Origin: Paramoeba atlantica
Taxonomy: Eukaryota > Protista > Discosea
DNA: 64,000 nucleotides
Assembly: GCA_977017575.1 (NCBI GenBank)
Contig: CDRNVI010000051.1
Span: 124,001-188,000 of the forward strand
Direction: 5' to 3'
Below are positions 63,681-64,000 of this stretch, one piece after another. Every line of letters starts with the position of its first letter. The first letter of the stretch is position 1. Under the pieces are notes generated by a model. The model had not been told where the DNA came from. It was given only the letters and a program-made list of their open reading frames with translations, and did no database searches. Both the position numbers and the translations under genes were made by a program.

Positions 63681-64000
63681 ATTTAACTTGAGCATACACC
63701 ACGATCGCAGCGTTCCTTTACTCCGCAAGTTACACCAGCTCGCGCGCCTGAGCCATATCGACGACCGGGAATGTGTTTTGGGTGCCGTTCGCCCGATCAT
63801 TTGTAGAGGAATTGTCAAAAGCGAGATTTTCGTTCGCTGGTGGCTGGCCCTGCCGGTAGCAGCAAGAGCTTATGACAAAGCCCCACCCAAACGGCCAATG
63901 AATCACACGAAGACCAACAAATGTGGCTTTTGAAACCAATACGACATACGTCAAATCTCGCAAAGCACAACTACTCAGGGCTCTGAAAATATATTATATA

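Overview
Eukaryotic, transposon-rich window. It is most plausibly from a kinetoplastid-like euglenozoan; this is inferred from intronless genes all on one strand, kinetoplastid-type spliced-leader (SL) sequence, CRE-clade retrotransposons and tyrosine-recombinase retroelement fragments. Every host gene I can recognise is on the minus strand: a DEAH helicase (PRP43/DHX15), an RRP7-like protein, an IGR-motif (mS41/Fyv4-like) mitoribosomal protein, one GC-rich hypothetical ORF, and a dispersed array of 10 intact plus at least 2 broken LRR genes that share an N-terminal cap. The spacers hold Tc1/mariner elements (one intact), TA-flanked MITEs, a Merlin and a pogo remnant, a 995-aa Mutator-like transposase, CRE-like RT fragments with 2A-like motifs, a tRNA-headed SINE-like family and a foldback-like repeat. 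The main observation is that four retroposed segments start with the 3' part of a kinetoplastid-type SL exon (AAAGATACAGTTTCTGTACCTTGTTG). The copies diverge right after the exon-ending TTG and usually have a partial second SL copy upstream. Two of these segments are tandem R2/NeSL-like REL retrotransposons, one with an intact 1578-aa ORF and Mer3/HFM1-like Zn modules, and together they split an LRR gene. All family assignments come from motif recognition by eye; no searches were run.
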